A stretch of DNA of 64,000 nt from Auanema rhodensis (Eukaryota > Animalia > Nematoda): positions 11,160,001 through 11,224,000 of the forward strand of contig OZ059895.1 of the NCBI GenBank assembly GCA_964057225.1. Reading direction: 5' to 3'. The position numbers and the translations under genes are program-made. Position 1 is the first letter of the stretch. Every line of letters begins with the position of its first letter. Below the pieces are notes generated by a model that was given only the letters and a program-made list of their open reading frames with translations, was not told the DNA's origin and made no database searches. This document shows positions 1-14,600 of this stretch, piece after piece.

Positions 1-3000
1 GGAAGAGATAAAATTGAAAATCAGCTGCATGTCGTACTTTCAACGTGGTATAGTTGAAAGCGAAAATATCTGATTTTCAATGATTTAAATACTTATCCTC
101 GTTATAGTATTTTTCCAATTTCATGTTAGTTATGTAACTTTCCACGTTTCATCTGGTTCCCTCGATGATATCAAAGCTTATGTGCTCCAAATACAATAAA
201 TCAAAAAAGGGTTTCACAGTTGTATAGTGTTTAAACAATGTTTGTTTCGATAGGAAATAGATAGAAACAGTAAAGTTGAGAGAAAGGTTCATTAACTACT
301 GGTTTATGACTGTAATATAGAAAAAAGATTGAAGATAATTTGCTGCCTTGGTTTGAGCTATCTAAGTGAAACGACTTGAAAAGTGAAAACATTTATTACG
401 GAAGAGATAAAATTGAAAATCAGCTGCATGGCGTACTTTGAACGTGGTATAGTTGTAAGCGAAAATATCTGGTATTCAATGATTTACATACTTATCCTTG
501 TTATAGTATTTTTCCAATTTTATGTTAGTTATGTAATTTTCCACGTTGCATCTGGTTCCCTCGATGATATCAAATCTTATGTGCTCCAAATACAATAAAT
601 TAAAAAAGGTTTCACAGTTGTATAGTGTTTTAACAATGTTTGTTTCGATAGGAAATAGATAGAAACAGTAAAGTTGAGATAAAGGTTCATTAATTACTGG
701 TTTATAACTGTAATGAAAAAATAAGATTAAAGATAATTTGCTGCCTTGGGTCGAGCTATCTAAGTAAAACTACTTAAAAAGTGAAAACATTTGTTACGGA
801 AGAGATAAAATTGAAAATCAGCTGCATGGCGTACTTTGAACGTGGTATAGTTGTAAGCGAAAATATCTGATATTCAATGATTTACATACTTATCCTCGTT
901 ATAGTATTTTTCCAATTTTATGTTAGTTATGTAATTTTCCACGTTGCATCTGGTTCCCTCGATGATATCAAATCTTATGTGCTCCAAATACAATAAATTG
1001 AAAAAGGTTTCACAGTTGTATAGTGTTTAAACAATGTTGGTTTTGATAGGAAACAGATAGACACAGTAAAGTTAAGATGAAGGTTCATTAACTACTGGTT
1101 TATGACTGTAATATAGGAATAAGATTGAAGATAATTTGCTGCCTCCGGTTGAGCTATCTAAGTAAATCTACTTGAAAAGTGAAAACATTTGTTACGGAAG
1201 AGATAAAATTGAAAATCAGCTGCATGTCGTACTTTCAACGTGGTATAGTTGAAAGCGAAAATATCTGATTTTCAATGATTTACATACTTATCCTCGTTAT
1301 AGTATTTTTCCAATTTCATGTTAGTTATGTAACTTTCCACGTTTCATCTGGTTCCCTCGATGATAGCAATTCTTATAAGCTCCAAATACAATGAATTAAA
1401 AAAAGTTTCACAGTTGTATAGTGTTTAAACAATGTTTGTTTCGATAGGAAATAGATAGAAACAGTAAAGTTAAAATGGAGGTTCATTAACTACTGGTTTA
1501 TAACTGTAATATAGGAATAAGATTGAAGATAATTTTCTGCCGGGGGTTGCGCTATCTAAGTAAAACTACTTAAAAAGTGAAAACATTTGTTACGGAAGAG
1601 ATAAAACTGAAAATCAGCTGCATGGCGTACTTTGAACGTGGTATAGTTGTAAGCGAAAATATCTGATATTCAATGATTTACATACTTATCCTCGTTATAG
1701 TATTTTTCCAATTTTATGTTAGTTATGTAACTTTCCACGTTTCATCTGGTTCCCTCGATGATAGCAATTCTTATAAGCTCCAAATACAATGAATTAAAAA
1801 AAGTTTCACAGTTGTATAGTGTTTAAACAATGTTTGTTTCGATAGGAAATAGATAGAAACAGTAAAGTTAAAATGGAGGTTCATTAACTACTGGTTTATA
1901 ACTGTAATATAGGAATAAGATTGAAGATAATTTTCTGCCGGGGGTTGCGCTATCTAAGTAAAACTACTTAAAAAGTGAAAACATTTGTTACGGAAGAGAT
2001 AAAATTGAAAATCAGCTGCATGTCGTACTTTCAACGTGGTATAGTTGAAAGCGAAAATATCTGATTTTCAATGATTTACATACTTATCCTCGTTATAGTA
2101 TTTTTCCAATTTCATGTTAGTTATGTAACTTTCCACGTTTCATCTGGTTCCCTCGATGATAGCAATTCTTATAAGCTCCAAATACAATGAATTAAAAAAA
2201 GTTTCACAGTTGTATAGTGTTTAAACAATGTTTGTTTCGATAGGAAATAGATACAAACAGTTAAGTTAAAATGAAGGTTCATTAACAACTGGTTTATAAC
2301 TGTAATATAGGAATAAGATTGAAGATAATTTTCTGCCGGGGGTTGCGCTATCTAAGTAAAACTACTTAAAAAGTGAAAACATTTGTTACGGAAGAGATAA
2401 AACTGAAAATCAGCTGCATGGCGTACTTTGAACGTGGTATAGTTGTAAGCGAAAATATCTGATATTCAATGATTTACATACTTATCCTCGTTATAGTATT
2501 TTTCCAATTTTATGTTAGTTATGTAATTTTCCACGTTGCATCTGGTTCCCTCGATGATATCAAATCTTATGTGCTCCAAATACAATAAATTGAAAAAGGT
2601 TTCACAGTTGTATAGTGTTTAAACAATGTTTGTTTTGATAGGAAATAGATAGAAACAGTAAAGTTAAAATGGAGGTTCATTAACTACTGGTTTATAACTG
2701 TAATATAGGAATAAGATTGAAGATAATTTTCTGCCTTGGGTTGAGCTACCTAAGTAAATCTACTTGAAAAGTGGAAACATTTGTTACGGAAGAGATAAAA
2801 TTGAAAATCAGCTGCATGTCGTACTTTCAACGTGGTATAGTTGAAAGCGAAAATATCTGATTTTCAATGATTTAAATACTTATCCTCGTTATAGTATTTT
2901 TCCAATTTCATGTTAGTTATGTAACTTTCCACGTTTCATCTGGTTCCCTCGATGATATCAAAGCTTATGTGCTCCAAATACAATAAATCAAAAAAGGGTT

Positions 3001-6000
3001 TCACAGTTGTATAGTGTTTAAACAATGTTTGTTTCGATAGGAAATAGATAGAAACAGTAAAGTTGAGAGAAAGGTTCATTAACTACTGGTTTATGACTGT
3101 AATATAGAAAAAAGATTGAAGATAATTTGCTGCCTTGGTTTGAGCTATCTAAGTGAAACGACTTGAAAAGTGAAAACATTTATTACGGAAGAGATAAAAT
3201 TGAAAATCAGCTGCATGGCGTACTTTGAACGTGGTATAGTTGTAAGCGAAAATATCTGGTATTCAAGGATTTACATACTTATCCTCGTTATAGTATTTTT
3301 CCAATTTTATGTTAGTTATGTAATTTTCCACGTTGCATCTGGTTCCCTCAATGATATCAAATCTTATGTGCTCCAAATACAATAAATTAAAAAAGGTTTC
3401 ACAGTTGTATAGTGTTTTAACAATGTTTGTTTCGATAGGAAATAGATAGAAACAGTAAAGTTGAGATAAAGGTTCATTAATTACTGGTTTATAACTGTAA
3501 TGAAAAAATAAGATTAAAGATAATTTGCTGCCTTGGGTCGAGCTATCTAAGTAAAACTACTTAAAAAGTGAAAACATTTGTTACGGAAGAGATAAAATTG
3601 AAAATCAGCTGCATGGCGTACTTTGAACGTGGTATAGTTGTAAGCGAAAATATCTGATATTCAATGATTTACATACTTATCCTCGTTATAGTATTTTTCC
3701 AATTTTATGTTAGTTATGTAATTTTCCACGTTGCATCTGGTTCCCTCGATGATATCAAATCTTATGTGCTCCAAATACAATAAATTGAAAAAGGTTTCAC
3801 AGTTGTATAGTGTTTAAACAATGTTTGTTTTGATAGGAAATAGATAGAAACAGTAAAGTTAAAATGGAGGTTCATTAACTACTGGTTTATAACTGTAATA
3901 TAGGAATACGATTGAAGATAATTTTCTGCCTTGGGTTGAGCTACCTAAGTAAATCTACTTGAAAAGTGAAAACATTTGTTACGGAAGAGATAAAATTGAA
4001 AATCAGCTGCATGTCGTACTTTCAACGTGGTATAGTTGAAAGCGAAAATATCTGATTTTCAATGATTTAAATACTTATCCTCGTTATAGTATTTTTCCAA
4101 TTTCATGTTAGTTATGTAACTTTCCACGTTTCATCTGGTTCCCTCGATGATATCAAAGCTTATGTGCTCCAAATACAATAAATCAAAAAAGGGTTTCACA
4201 GTTGTATAGTGTTTAAACAATGTTTGTTTCGATAGGAAATAGATAGAAACAGTAAAGTTGAGAGAAAGGTTCATTAACTACTGGTTTATGACTGTAATAT
4301 AGAAAAAAGATTGAAGATAATTTGCTGCCTTGGTTTGAGCTATCTAAGTGAAACGACTTGAAAAGTGAAAACATTTATTACGGAAGAGATAAAATTGAAA
4401 ATCAGCTGCATGGCGTACTTTGAACGTGGTATAGTTGTAAGCGAAAATATCTGGTATTCAATGATTTACATACTTATCCTCGTTATAGTATTTTTCCAAT
4501 TTTATGTTAGTTATGTAATTTTCCACGTTGCATCTGGTTCCCTCGATGATATCAAATCTTATGTGCTCCAAATACAATAAATTAAAAAAGGTTTCACAGT
4601 TGTATAGTGTTTTAACAATGTTTGTTTCGATAGGAAATAGATAGAAACAGTAAAGTTGAGATAAAGGTTCATTAATTACTGGTTTATAACTGTAACGAAA
4701 AAATAAGATTAAAGATAATTTGCTGCCTTGGGTCGAGCTATCTAAGTAAAACTACTTAAAAAGTGAAAACATTTGTTACGGAAGAGATAAAATTGAAAAT
4801 CAGCTGCATGGCGTACTTTGAACGTGGTATAGTTGTAAGCGAAAATATCTGATATTCAATGATTTACATACTTATCCTCGTTATAGTATTTTTCCAATTT
4901 TATGTTAGTTATGTAATTTTCCACGTTGCATCTGGTTCCCTCGATGATATCAAATCTTATGTGCTCCAAATACAATAAATTGAAAAAGGTTTCACAGTTG
5001 TATAGTGTTTAAACAATGTTGGTTTTGATAGGAAACAGATAGAAACAGTAAAGTTAAGATGAAGGTTCATTAACTACTGGTTTATGACTGTAATATAGGA
5101 ATAAGATTGAAGATATTTTGCTGCCTCCGGTTGAGCTATCTAAGTAAATCTACTTGAAAAGTGAAAACATTTGTTACGGAAGAGATAAAATTGAAAATCA
5201 GCTGCATGTCGTACTTTCAACGTGGTATAGTTGAAAGCGAAAATATCTGATTTTCAATGATTTACATACTTATCCTCGTTATAGTATTTTTCCAATTTCA
5301 TGTTAGTTATGTAACTTTCCACGTTTCATCTGGTTCCCTCGATGATAGCAATTCTTATAAGCTCCAAATACAATGAATTAAAAAAGGTTTCACAGTTGTA
5401 TAGTGTTTAAACAATGTTTGTTTCGATAGGGAATAGATACAAACAGTTAAGTTAAAATGAAGGTTCATTAAGAACTGGTTTATAACTGTAATATAGAAAT
5501 AAGATTAAAAATAATTTGCTGCCTCCGGTTGAGCTATCTAAGTAAATCTACTTGAAAAGTGAAAACATTTGTTACGAAAGAGATAAAATTGAAAATCAGC
5601 TGCATGGCGTACTTTCAACGTGGTATACTTGTGAGCGAAAATATCTGATATTCAATGATTTACATACTTATCCTCGTTATAGTTTTTTTCCAATTTCATG
5701 TTAGTTATGTAATTTTCCACGTTCCATCTGGATCCCTCGATGATATCAAATTTTATGTGCTCCAAATGCAAAAAATTAAAAAAGGTTTTACAGTTGTTCA
5801 GTGTTCAAACAATGTTTGTTTTGATAAGAAATAGATAGAAACAGTAAAGTTGAGAGAAAGGTTCATTAACTGCTGGTTTATAACTGTAATATAAAAAAAA
5901 GATTGAAGATAATTTGCTGCCTTGGGTCGAGCTATCTAAGTAAAACTACTTAAAAAGTGAAAACATTTGTTACGGAAGAGATAAAATTGAAAATCAGCTG

Positions 6001-8699
6001 CATGGCGTACTTTGAACGTGGTATAGTTGTAAGCGAAAATATCTGGTATTCAATGATTTACATACTTATCCTCGTTATAGTTTTTTTTCCAATTTCCTGT
6101 TAGTTATGTAATTTTCCACGTTCTATCTGGTGCCCTCGATGATATCAAATCTTATGTGCTCCAAATACAATAAATTAAAAAAGGTTTCACAGTTGTATAG
6201 TGTTTTAACAATGTTTGTTTCGATAGGAAATAGATAGAAACAGTAAAGTTGAGATAAAGGTTCATTAATTACTGGTTTATAACTGTAATGAAGAAATAAG
6301 ATTGAAGATAATTTGCTGCCTTGGGTCGAGCTATCTAAGTAAAACTACTTAAAAAGTGAAAACATTTGTTACGGAAGAGATAAAATTGAAAATCAGCTGC
6401 ATGGCGTACTTTGAACGTGGTATAGTTGTAAGCGAAAATATCTGATATTCAATGATTTACATACTTATCCTCGTTATAGTATTTTTCCAATTTTATGTTA
6501 GTTATGTAATTTTCCACGTTGCATCTGGTTCCCTCGATGATATCAAATCTTATGTGCTCCAAATACAATAAATTAAAAAAGGTTTCACAGTTGTATAGTG
6601 TTTTAACAATGTTTGTTTCGATAGGAAATAGATAGAAACAGTAAAGTTGAGATAAAGGTTCATTAATTACTGGTTTATAACTGTAATGAAAAAATAAGAT
6701 TAAAGATAATTTGCTGCCTTGGGTCGAGCTATCTAAGTAAAACTACTTAAAAAGTGAAAACATTTGTTACGGAAGAGATAAAATTGAAAATCAGCTGCAT
6801 GGCGTACTTTGAACGTGGTATAGTTGTAAGCGAAAATATCTGATATTCAATGATTTACATACTTATCCTCGTTATAGTATTTTTCCAATTTTATGTTAGT
6901 TATGTAATTTTCCACGTTGCATCTGGTTCCCTCAATGATATCAAATCTTATGTGCTCCAAATACAATAAATTAAAAAAGGTTTCACAGTTGTATAGTGTT
7001 TTAACAATGTTTGTTTCGATAGGAAATAGATAGAAACAGTAAAGTTGAGATAAAGGTTCATTAATTACTGGTTTATAACTGTAATGAAAAAATAAGATTA
7101 AAGATAATTTGCTGCCTTGGGTCGAGCTATCTAAGTAAAACTACTTAAAAAGTGAAAACATTTGTTACGGAAGAGATAAAATTGAAAATCAGCTGCATGG
7201 CGTACTTTGAACGTGGTATAGTTGTAAGCGAAAATATCTGATATTCAATGATTTACATACTTATCCTCGTTATAGTATTTTTCCAATTTTATGTTAGTTA
7301 TGTAATTTTCCACGTTGCATCTGGTTCCCTCGATGATATCAAATCTTATGTGCTCCAAATACAATAAATTGAAAAAGGTTTCACAGTTGTATAGTGTTTA
7401 AACAATGTTTGTTTTGATAGGAAATAGATAGAAACAGTAAAGTTAAAATGGAGGTTCATTAACTACTGGTTTATAACTGTAATATAGGAATACGATTGAA
7501 GATAATTTTCTGCCTTGGGTTGAGCTACCTAAGTAAATCTACTTGAAAAGTGAAAACATTTGTTACGGAAGAGATAAAATTGAAAATCAGCTGCATGTCG
7601 TACTTTCAACGTGGTATAGTTGAAAGCGAAAATATCTGATTTTCAATGATTTAAATACTTATCCTCGTTATAGTATTTTTCCAATTTCATGTTAGTTATG
7701 TAACTTTCCACGTTTCATCTGGTTCCCTCGATGATATCAAAGCTTATGTGCTCCAAATACAATAAATCAAAAAAGGGTTTCACAGTTGTATAGTGTTTAA
7801 ACAATGTTTGTTTCGATAGGAAATAGATAGAAACAGTAAAGTTGAGAGAAAGGTTCATTAACTACTGGTTTATGACTGTAATATAGAAAAAAGATTGAAG
7901 ATAATTTGCTGCCTTGGTTTGAGCTATCTAAGTGAAACGACTTGAAAAGTGAAAACATTTATTACGGAAGAGATAAAATTGAAAATCAGCTGCATGGCGT
8001 ACTTTGAACGTGGTATAGTTGTAAGCGAAAATATCTGGTATTCAATGATTTACATACTTATCCTCGTTATAGTATTTTTCCAATTTTATGTTAGTTATGT
8101 AATTTTCCACGTTGCATCTGGTTCCCTCGATGATATCAAATCTTATGTGCTCCAAATACAATAAATTAAAAAAGGTTTCACAGTTGTATAGTGTTTTAAC
8201 AATGTTTGTTTCGATAGGAAATAGATAGAAACAGTAAAGTTGAGATAAAGGTTCATTAATTACTGGTTTATAACTGTAACGAAAAAATAAGATTAAAGAT
8301 AATTTGCTGCCTTGGGTCGAGCTATCTAAGTAAAACTACTTAAAAAGTGAAAACATTTGTTACGGAAGAGATAAAATTGAAAATCAGCTGCATGGCGTAC
8401 TTTGAACGTGGTATAGTTGTAAGCGAAAATATCTGATATTCAATGATTTACATACTTATCCTCGTTATAGTATTTTTCCAATTTTATGTTAGTTATGTAA
8501 TTTTCCACGTTGCATCTGGTTCCCTCGATGATATCAAATCTTATGTGCTCCAAATACAATAAATTGAAAAAGGTTTCACAGTTGTATAGTGTTTAAACAA
8601 TGTTGGTTTTGATAGGAAACAGATAGAAACAGTAAAGTTAAGATGAAGGTTCATTAACTACTGGTTTATGACTGTAATATAGGAATAAGATTGAAGATA

Positions 8700-11600
8700 A
8701 TTTGCTGCCTCCGGTTGAGCTATCTAAGTAAATCTACTTGAAAAGTGAAAACATTTGTTACGAAAGAGATAAAATTGAAAATCAGCTGCATGGCGTACTT
8801 TCAACGTGGTATACTTGTGAGCGAAAATATCTGATATTCAATGATTTACATACTTATCCTCGTTATAGTTTTTTTCCAATTTCATGTTAGTTATGTAATT
8901 TTCCACGTTCCATCTGGATCCCTCGATGATATCAAATTTTATGTGCTCCAAATGCAAAAAATTAAAAAAGGTTTTACAGTTGTTCAGTGTTCAAACAATG
9001 TTTGTTTTGATAAGAAATAGATAGAAACAGTAAAGTTGAGAGAAAGGTTCATTAACTGCTGGTTTATAACTGTAATATAAAAAAAAGATTGAAGATAATT
9101 TGCTGCCTTGGGTCGAGCTATCTAAGTAAAACTACTTAAAAAGTGAAAACATTTGTTACGGAAGAGATAAAATTGAAAATCAGCTGCATGGCGTACTTTG
9201 AACGTGGTATAGTTGTAAGCGAAAATATCTGGTATTCAATGATTTACATACTTATCCTCGTTATAGTTTTTTTTCCAATTTCCTGTTAGTTATGTAATTT
9301 TCCACGTTCTATCTGGTGCCCTCGATGATATCAAATCTTATGTGCTCCAAATACAATAAATTAAAAAAGGTTTCACAGTTGTATAGTGTTTTAACAATGT
9401 TTGTTTCGATAGGAAATAGATAGAAACAGTAAAGTTGAGATAAAGGTTCATTAATTACTGGTTTATAACTGTAATGAAGAAATAAGATTGAAGATAATTT
9501 GCTGCCTTGGGTTGAGCTATCTAAGTAAAACTACTTAAAAAGTGAAAACATTTGTTACGGAAGAGATAAAACTGAAAATCAGCTGCATGGCGTACTTTGA
9601 ACGTGGTATAGTTGTAAGCGAAAATATCTGATATTCAATGATTTACATACTTATTCTCGTTATAGTATTTTTCCAATTTTATGTTAGTTATGTAATTTTC
9701 CACGTTGCATCTGGTTCCCTCGATGATATCAAATCTTATGTGCTCCAAATACAATAAATTGAAAAAGGTTTCACAGTTGTATAGTGTTTAAACAATGTTT
9801 GTTTTGATAGGAAATAGATAGAAACAGTAAAGTTAAAATGGAGGTTCATTAACTACTGGTTTATAACTGTAATATAGGAATAAGATTGAAGATAATTTTC
9901 TGCCTTGGGTTGAGCTACCTAAGTAAATCTACTTGAAAAGTGAAAACATTTGTTACGGAAGAGATAAAATTGAAAATCAGCTGCATGTCGTACTTTGAAC
10001 GTGGTATAGTTGTAAGCGAAAATATCTGATTTTCAATGATTTAAATACTTATCCTCGTTATAGTATTTTTCCAATTTTATGTTAGTTATGTAATTTTCCA
10101 CGTTGCATCTGGTTCCCTCGATGATATCAAAGCTTATGTGCTCCAAATACAATAAATCAAAAAAGGGTTTCACAGTTGTATAGTGTTTAAACAATGTTTG
10201 TTTCGATAGGAAATAGATAGAAACAGTAAAGTTGAGAGAAAGGTTCATTAACTACTGGTTTATGACTGTAATATAGAAAAAAGATTGAAGATAATTTGCT
10301 GCCTTGGTTTGAGCTATCTAAGTGAAACGACTTGAAAAGTGAAAACATTTATTACGGAAGAGATAAAATTGAAAATCAGCTGCATGGCGTACTTTGAACG
10401 TGGTATAGTTGTAAGCGAAAATATCTGGTATTCAATGATTTACATACTTATCCTCGTTATAGTATTTTTCCAATTTTATGTTAGTTATGTAATTTTCCAC
10501 GTTGCATCTGGTTCCCTCGATGATATCAAATCTTATGTGCTCCAAATACAATAAATTAAAAAAGGTTTCACAGTTGTATAGTGTTTTAACAATGTTTGTT
10601 TCGATAGGAAATAGATAGAAACAGTAAAGTTGAGATAAAGGTTCATTAATTACTGGTTTATAACTGTAACGAAAAAATAAGATTAAAGATAATTTGCTGC
10701 CTTGGGTCGAGCTATCTAAGTAAAACTACTTAAAAAGTGAAAACATTTGTTACGGAAGAGATAAAATTGAAAATCAGCTGCATGGCGTACTTTGAACGTG
10801 GTATAGTTGTAAGCGAAAATATCTGATATTCAATGATTTACATACTTATCCTCGTTATAGTATTTTTCCAATTTTATGTTAGTTATGTAATTTTCCACGT
10901 TGCATCTGGTTCCCTCGATGATATCAAATCTTATGTGCTCCAAATACAATAAATTGAAAAAGGTTTCACAGTTGTATAGTGTTTAAACAATGTTGGTTTT
11001 GATAGGAAACAGATAGAAACAGTAAAGTTAAGATGAAGGTTCATTAACTACTGGTTTATGACTGTAATATAGGAATAAGATTGAAGATAATTTGCTGCCT
11101 CCGGTTGAGCTATCTAAGTAAATCTACTTGAAAAGTGAAAACATTTGTTACGGAAGAGATAAAATTGAAAATCAGCTGCATGTCGTACTTTCAACGTGGT
11201 ATAGTTGAAAGCGAAAATATCTGATTTTCAATGATTTACATACTTATCCTCGTTATAGTATTTTTCCAATTTCATGTTAGTTATGTAACTTTCCACGTTT
11301 CATCTGGTTCCCTCGATGATAGCAATTCTTATAAGCTCCAAATACAATGAATTAAAAAAGGTTTCACAGTTGTATAGTGTTTAAACAATGTTTGTTTCGA
11401 TAGGGAATAGATACAAACAGTTAAGTTAAAATGAAGGTTCATTAAGAACTGGTTTATAACTGTAATATAGAAATAAGATTAAAAATAATTTGCTGCCTCC
11501 GGTTGAGCTATCTAAGTAAATCTACTTGAAAAGTGAAAACATTTGTTACGAAAGAGATAAAATTGAAAATCAGCTGCATGGCGTACTTTCAACGTGGTAT

Positions 11601-14600
11601 ACTTGTGAGCGAAAATATCTGATATTCAATGATTTACATACTTATCCTCGTTATAGTTTTTTTCCAATTTCATGTTAGTTATGTAATTTTCCACGTTCCA
11701 TCTGGATCCCTCGATGATATCAAATTTTATGTGCTCCAAATGCAAAAAATTAAAAAAGGTTTTACAGTTGTTCAGTGTTCAAACAATGTTTGTTTTGATA
11801 AGAAATAGATAGAAACAGTAAAGTTGAGAGAAAGGTTCATTAACTGCTGGTTTATAACTGTAATATAAAAAAAAGATTGAAGATAATTTGCTGCCTTGGG
11901 TCGAGCTATCTAAGTAAAACTACTTAAAAAGTGAAAACATTTGTTACGGAAGAGATAAAATTGAAAATCAGCTGCATGGCGTACTTTGAACGTGGTATAG
12001 TTGTAAGCGAAAATATCTGGTATTCAATGATTTACATACTTATCCTCGTTATAGTTTTTTTTCCAATTTCCTGTTAGTTATGTAATTTTCCACGTTCTAT
12101 CTGGTGCCCTCGATGATATCAAATCTTATGTGCTCCAAATACAATAAATTAAAAAAGGTTTCACAGTTGTATAGTGTTTTAACAATGTTTGTTTCGATAG
12201 GAAATAGATAGAAACAGTAAAGTTGAGATAAAGGTTCATTAATTACTGGTTTATAACTGTAATGAAGAAATAAGATTGAAGATAATTTGCTGCCTTGGGT
12301 TGAGCTATCTAAGTAAAACTACTTAAAAAGTGAAAACATTTGTTACGGAAGAGATAAAACTGAAAATCAGCTGCATGGCGTACTTTGAACGTGGTATAGT
12401 TGTAAGCGAAAATATCTGATATTCAATGATTTACATACTTATCCTCGTTATAGTATTTTTCCAATTTTATGTTAGTTATGTAATTTTCCACGTTGCATCT
12501 GGTTCCCTCGATGATATCAAATCTTATGTGCTCCAAATACAATAAATTGAAAAAGGTTTCACAGTTGTATAGTGTTTAAACAATGTTTGTTTTGATAGGA
12601 AATAGATAGAAACAGTAAAGTTAAAATGGAGGTTCATTAACTACTGGTTTATAACTGTAATATAGGAATAAGATTGAAGATAATTTTCTGCCTTGGGTTG
12701 AGCTACCTAAGTAAATCTACTTGAAAAGTGAAAACATTTGTTACGGAAGAGATAAAATTGAAAATCAGCTGCATGTCGTACTTTCAACGTGGTATAGTTG
12801 AAAGCGAAAATATCTGATTTTCAATGATTTAAATACTTATCCTCGTTATAGTATTTTTCCAATTTCATGTTAGTTATGTAACTTTCCACGTTTCATCTGG
12901 TTCCCTCGATGATATCAAAGCTTATGTGCTCCAAATACAATAAATCAAAAAAGGGTTTCACAGTTGTATAGTGTTTAAACAATGTTTGTTTCGATAGGAA
13001 ATAGATAGAAACAGTAAAGTTGAGAGAAAGGTTCATTAACTACTGGTTTATGACTGTAATATAGAAAAAAGATTGAAGATAATTTGCTGCCTTGGTTTGA
13101 GCTATCTAAGTGAAACGACTTGAAAAGTGAAAACATTTATTACGGAAGAGATAAAATTGAAAATCAGCTGCATGGCGTACTTTGAACGTGGTATAGTTGT
13201 AAGCGAAAATATCTGGTATTCAATGATTTACATACTTATCCTCGTTAAAGTATTTTTCCAATTTTATGTTAGTTATGTAATTTTCCACGTTCTATCTGGT
13301 GCCCTCGATGATATCAAATCTTATGTGCTCCAAATACAATAAATTGAAAAAGGTTTCACAGTTGTATAGTGTTTTAACAATGTTTGTTTCGATAGGAAAT
13401 AGATAGAAACAGTAAAGTTGAGAGAAAGGTTCATTAACTGCTGGTTTATAACTGTAATATAAAAAAAAGATTGAAGATAATTTGCTGCCTTGGGTTGAGC
13501 TATTTAAGGAAAACTACTTGAAAATTGAAAACATTTGTTACGGAAGAGATAAAATTGAAAATCAGCTGCATGGCGTACTTTGAACGTGGTATAGTTGTAA
13601 GCGAAAATATCTGGTATTCAATGATTTACATACTTATCCTCGTTATAGTTTTTTTTCCAATTTCCTGTTAGTTATGTAATTTTCCACGTTCTATCTGGTG
13701 CCCTCGATGATATCAAATCTTATGTGCTCCAAATGCAAAAAATTAAAAAAGGTTTTACAGTTGTTCAGTGTTCAAACAATGTTTGTTTTGATAAGAAATA
13801 GATAGAAACAGTAAAGTTGAGAGAAAGGTTCATTAACTGCTGGTTTATAACTGTAATATAAAAAAAAGATTGAAGATAATTTGCTGCCTTGGGTCGAGCT
13901 ATCTAAGTAAAACTACTTAAAAAGTGAAAACATTTGTTACGGAAGAGATAAAATTGAAAATCAGCTGCATGTCGTACTTTCAACGTGGTATAGTTGAAAG
14001 CGAAAATATCTGATTTTCAATGATTTACATACTTATCCTCGTTATAGTATTTTTCCAATTTCATGTTAGTTATGTAACTTTCCACGTTTCATCTGGTTCC
14101 CTCGATGATAGCAATTCTTATAAGCTCCAAATACAATGAATTAAAAAAGGTTTCACAGTTGTATAGTGTTTAAACAATGTTTGTTTCGATAGGGAATAGA
14201 TACAAACAGTTAAGTTAAAATGAAGGTTCATTAACAACTGGTTTATAACTGTAATATAGAAATAAGATTAAAAATAATTTGCTGCCTCCGGTTGAGCTAT
14301 CTAAGTAAATCTACTTGAAAAGTGAAAACATTTGTTACGAAAGAGATAAAATTGAAAATCAGCTGCATGGCGTACTTTCAACGTGGTATACTTGTGAGCG
14401 AAAATATCTGATATTCAATGATTTACATACTTATCCTCGTTATAGTTTTTTTCCAATTTCATGTTAGTTATGTAATTTTCCACGTTCCATCTGGATCCCT
14501 CGATGATATCAAATTTTATGTGCTCCAAATGCAAAAAATTAAAAAAGGTTTTACAGTTGTTCAGTGTTCAAACAATGTTTGTTTTGATAAGAAATAGATA

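Noticed and set aside
240-262. CENP-B box
   Set aside because: TTTCG is present, but the downstream A..CGGG of the 17-bp box is absent.
1-399. Hammerhead ribozyme / retrozyme-type satellite
   Set aside because: The size fits, but I found no CUGANGA core on either strand (closest: CTCGATGA, CTGATATT). An Infernal/Rfam scan would be the formal test.
842-858. tRNA-derived A-box (GTGGTATAGTTGTAAGC resembles a tRNA D-arm), suggesting a SINE or tRNA origin
   Set aside because: There is no GTTCGA-type B-box at the expected distance and no cloverleaf, so the short match is insufficient.
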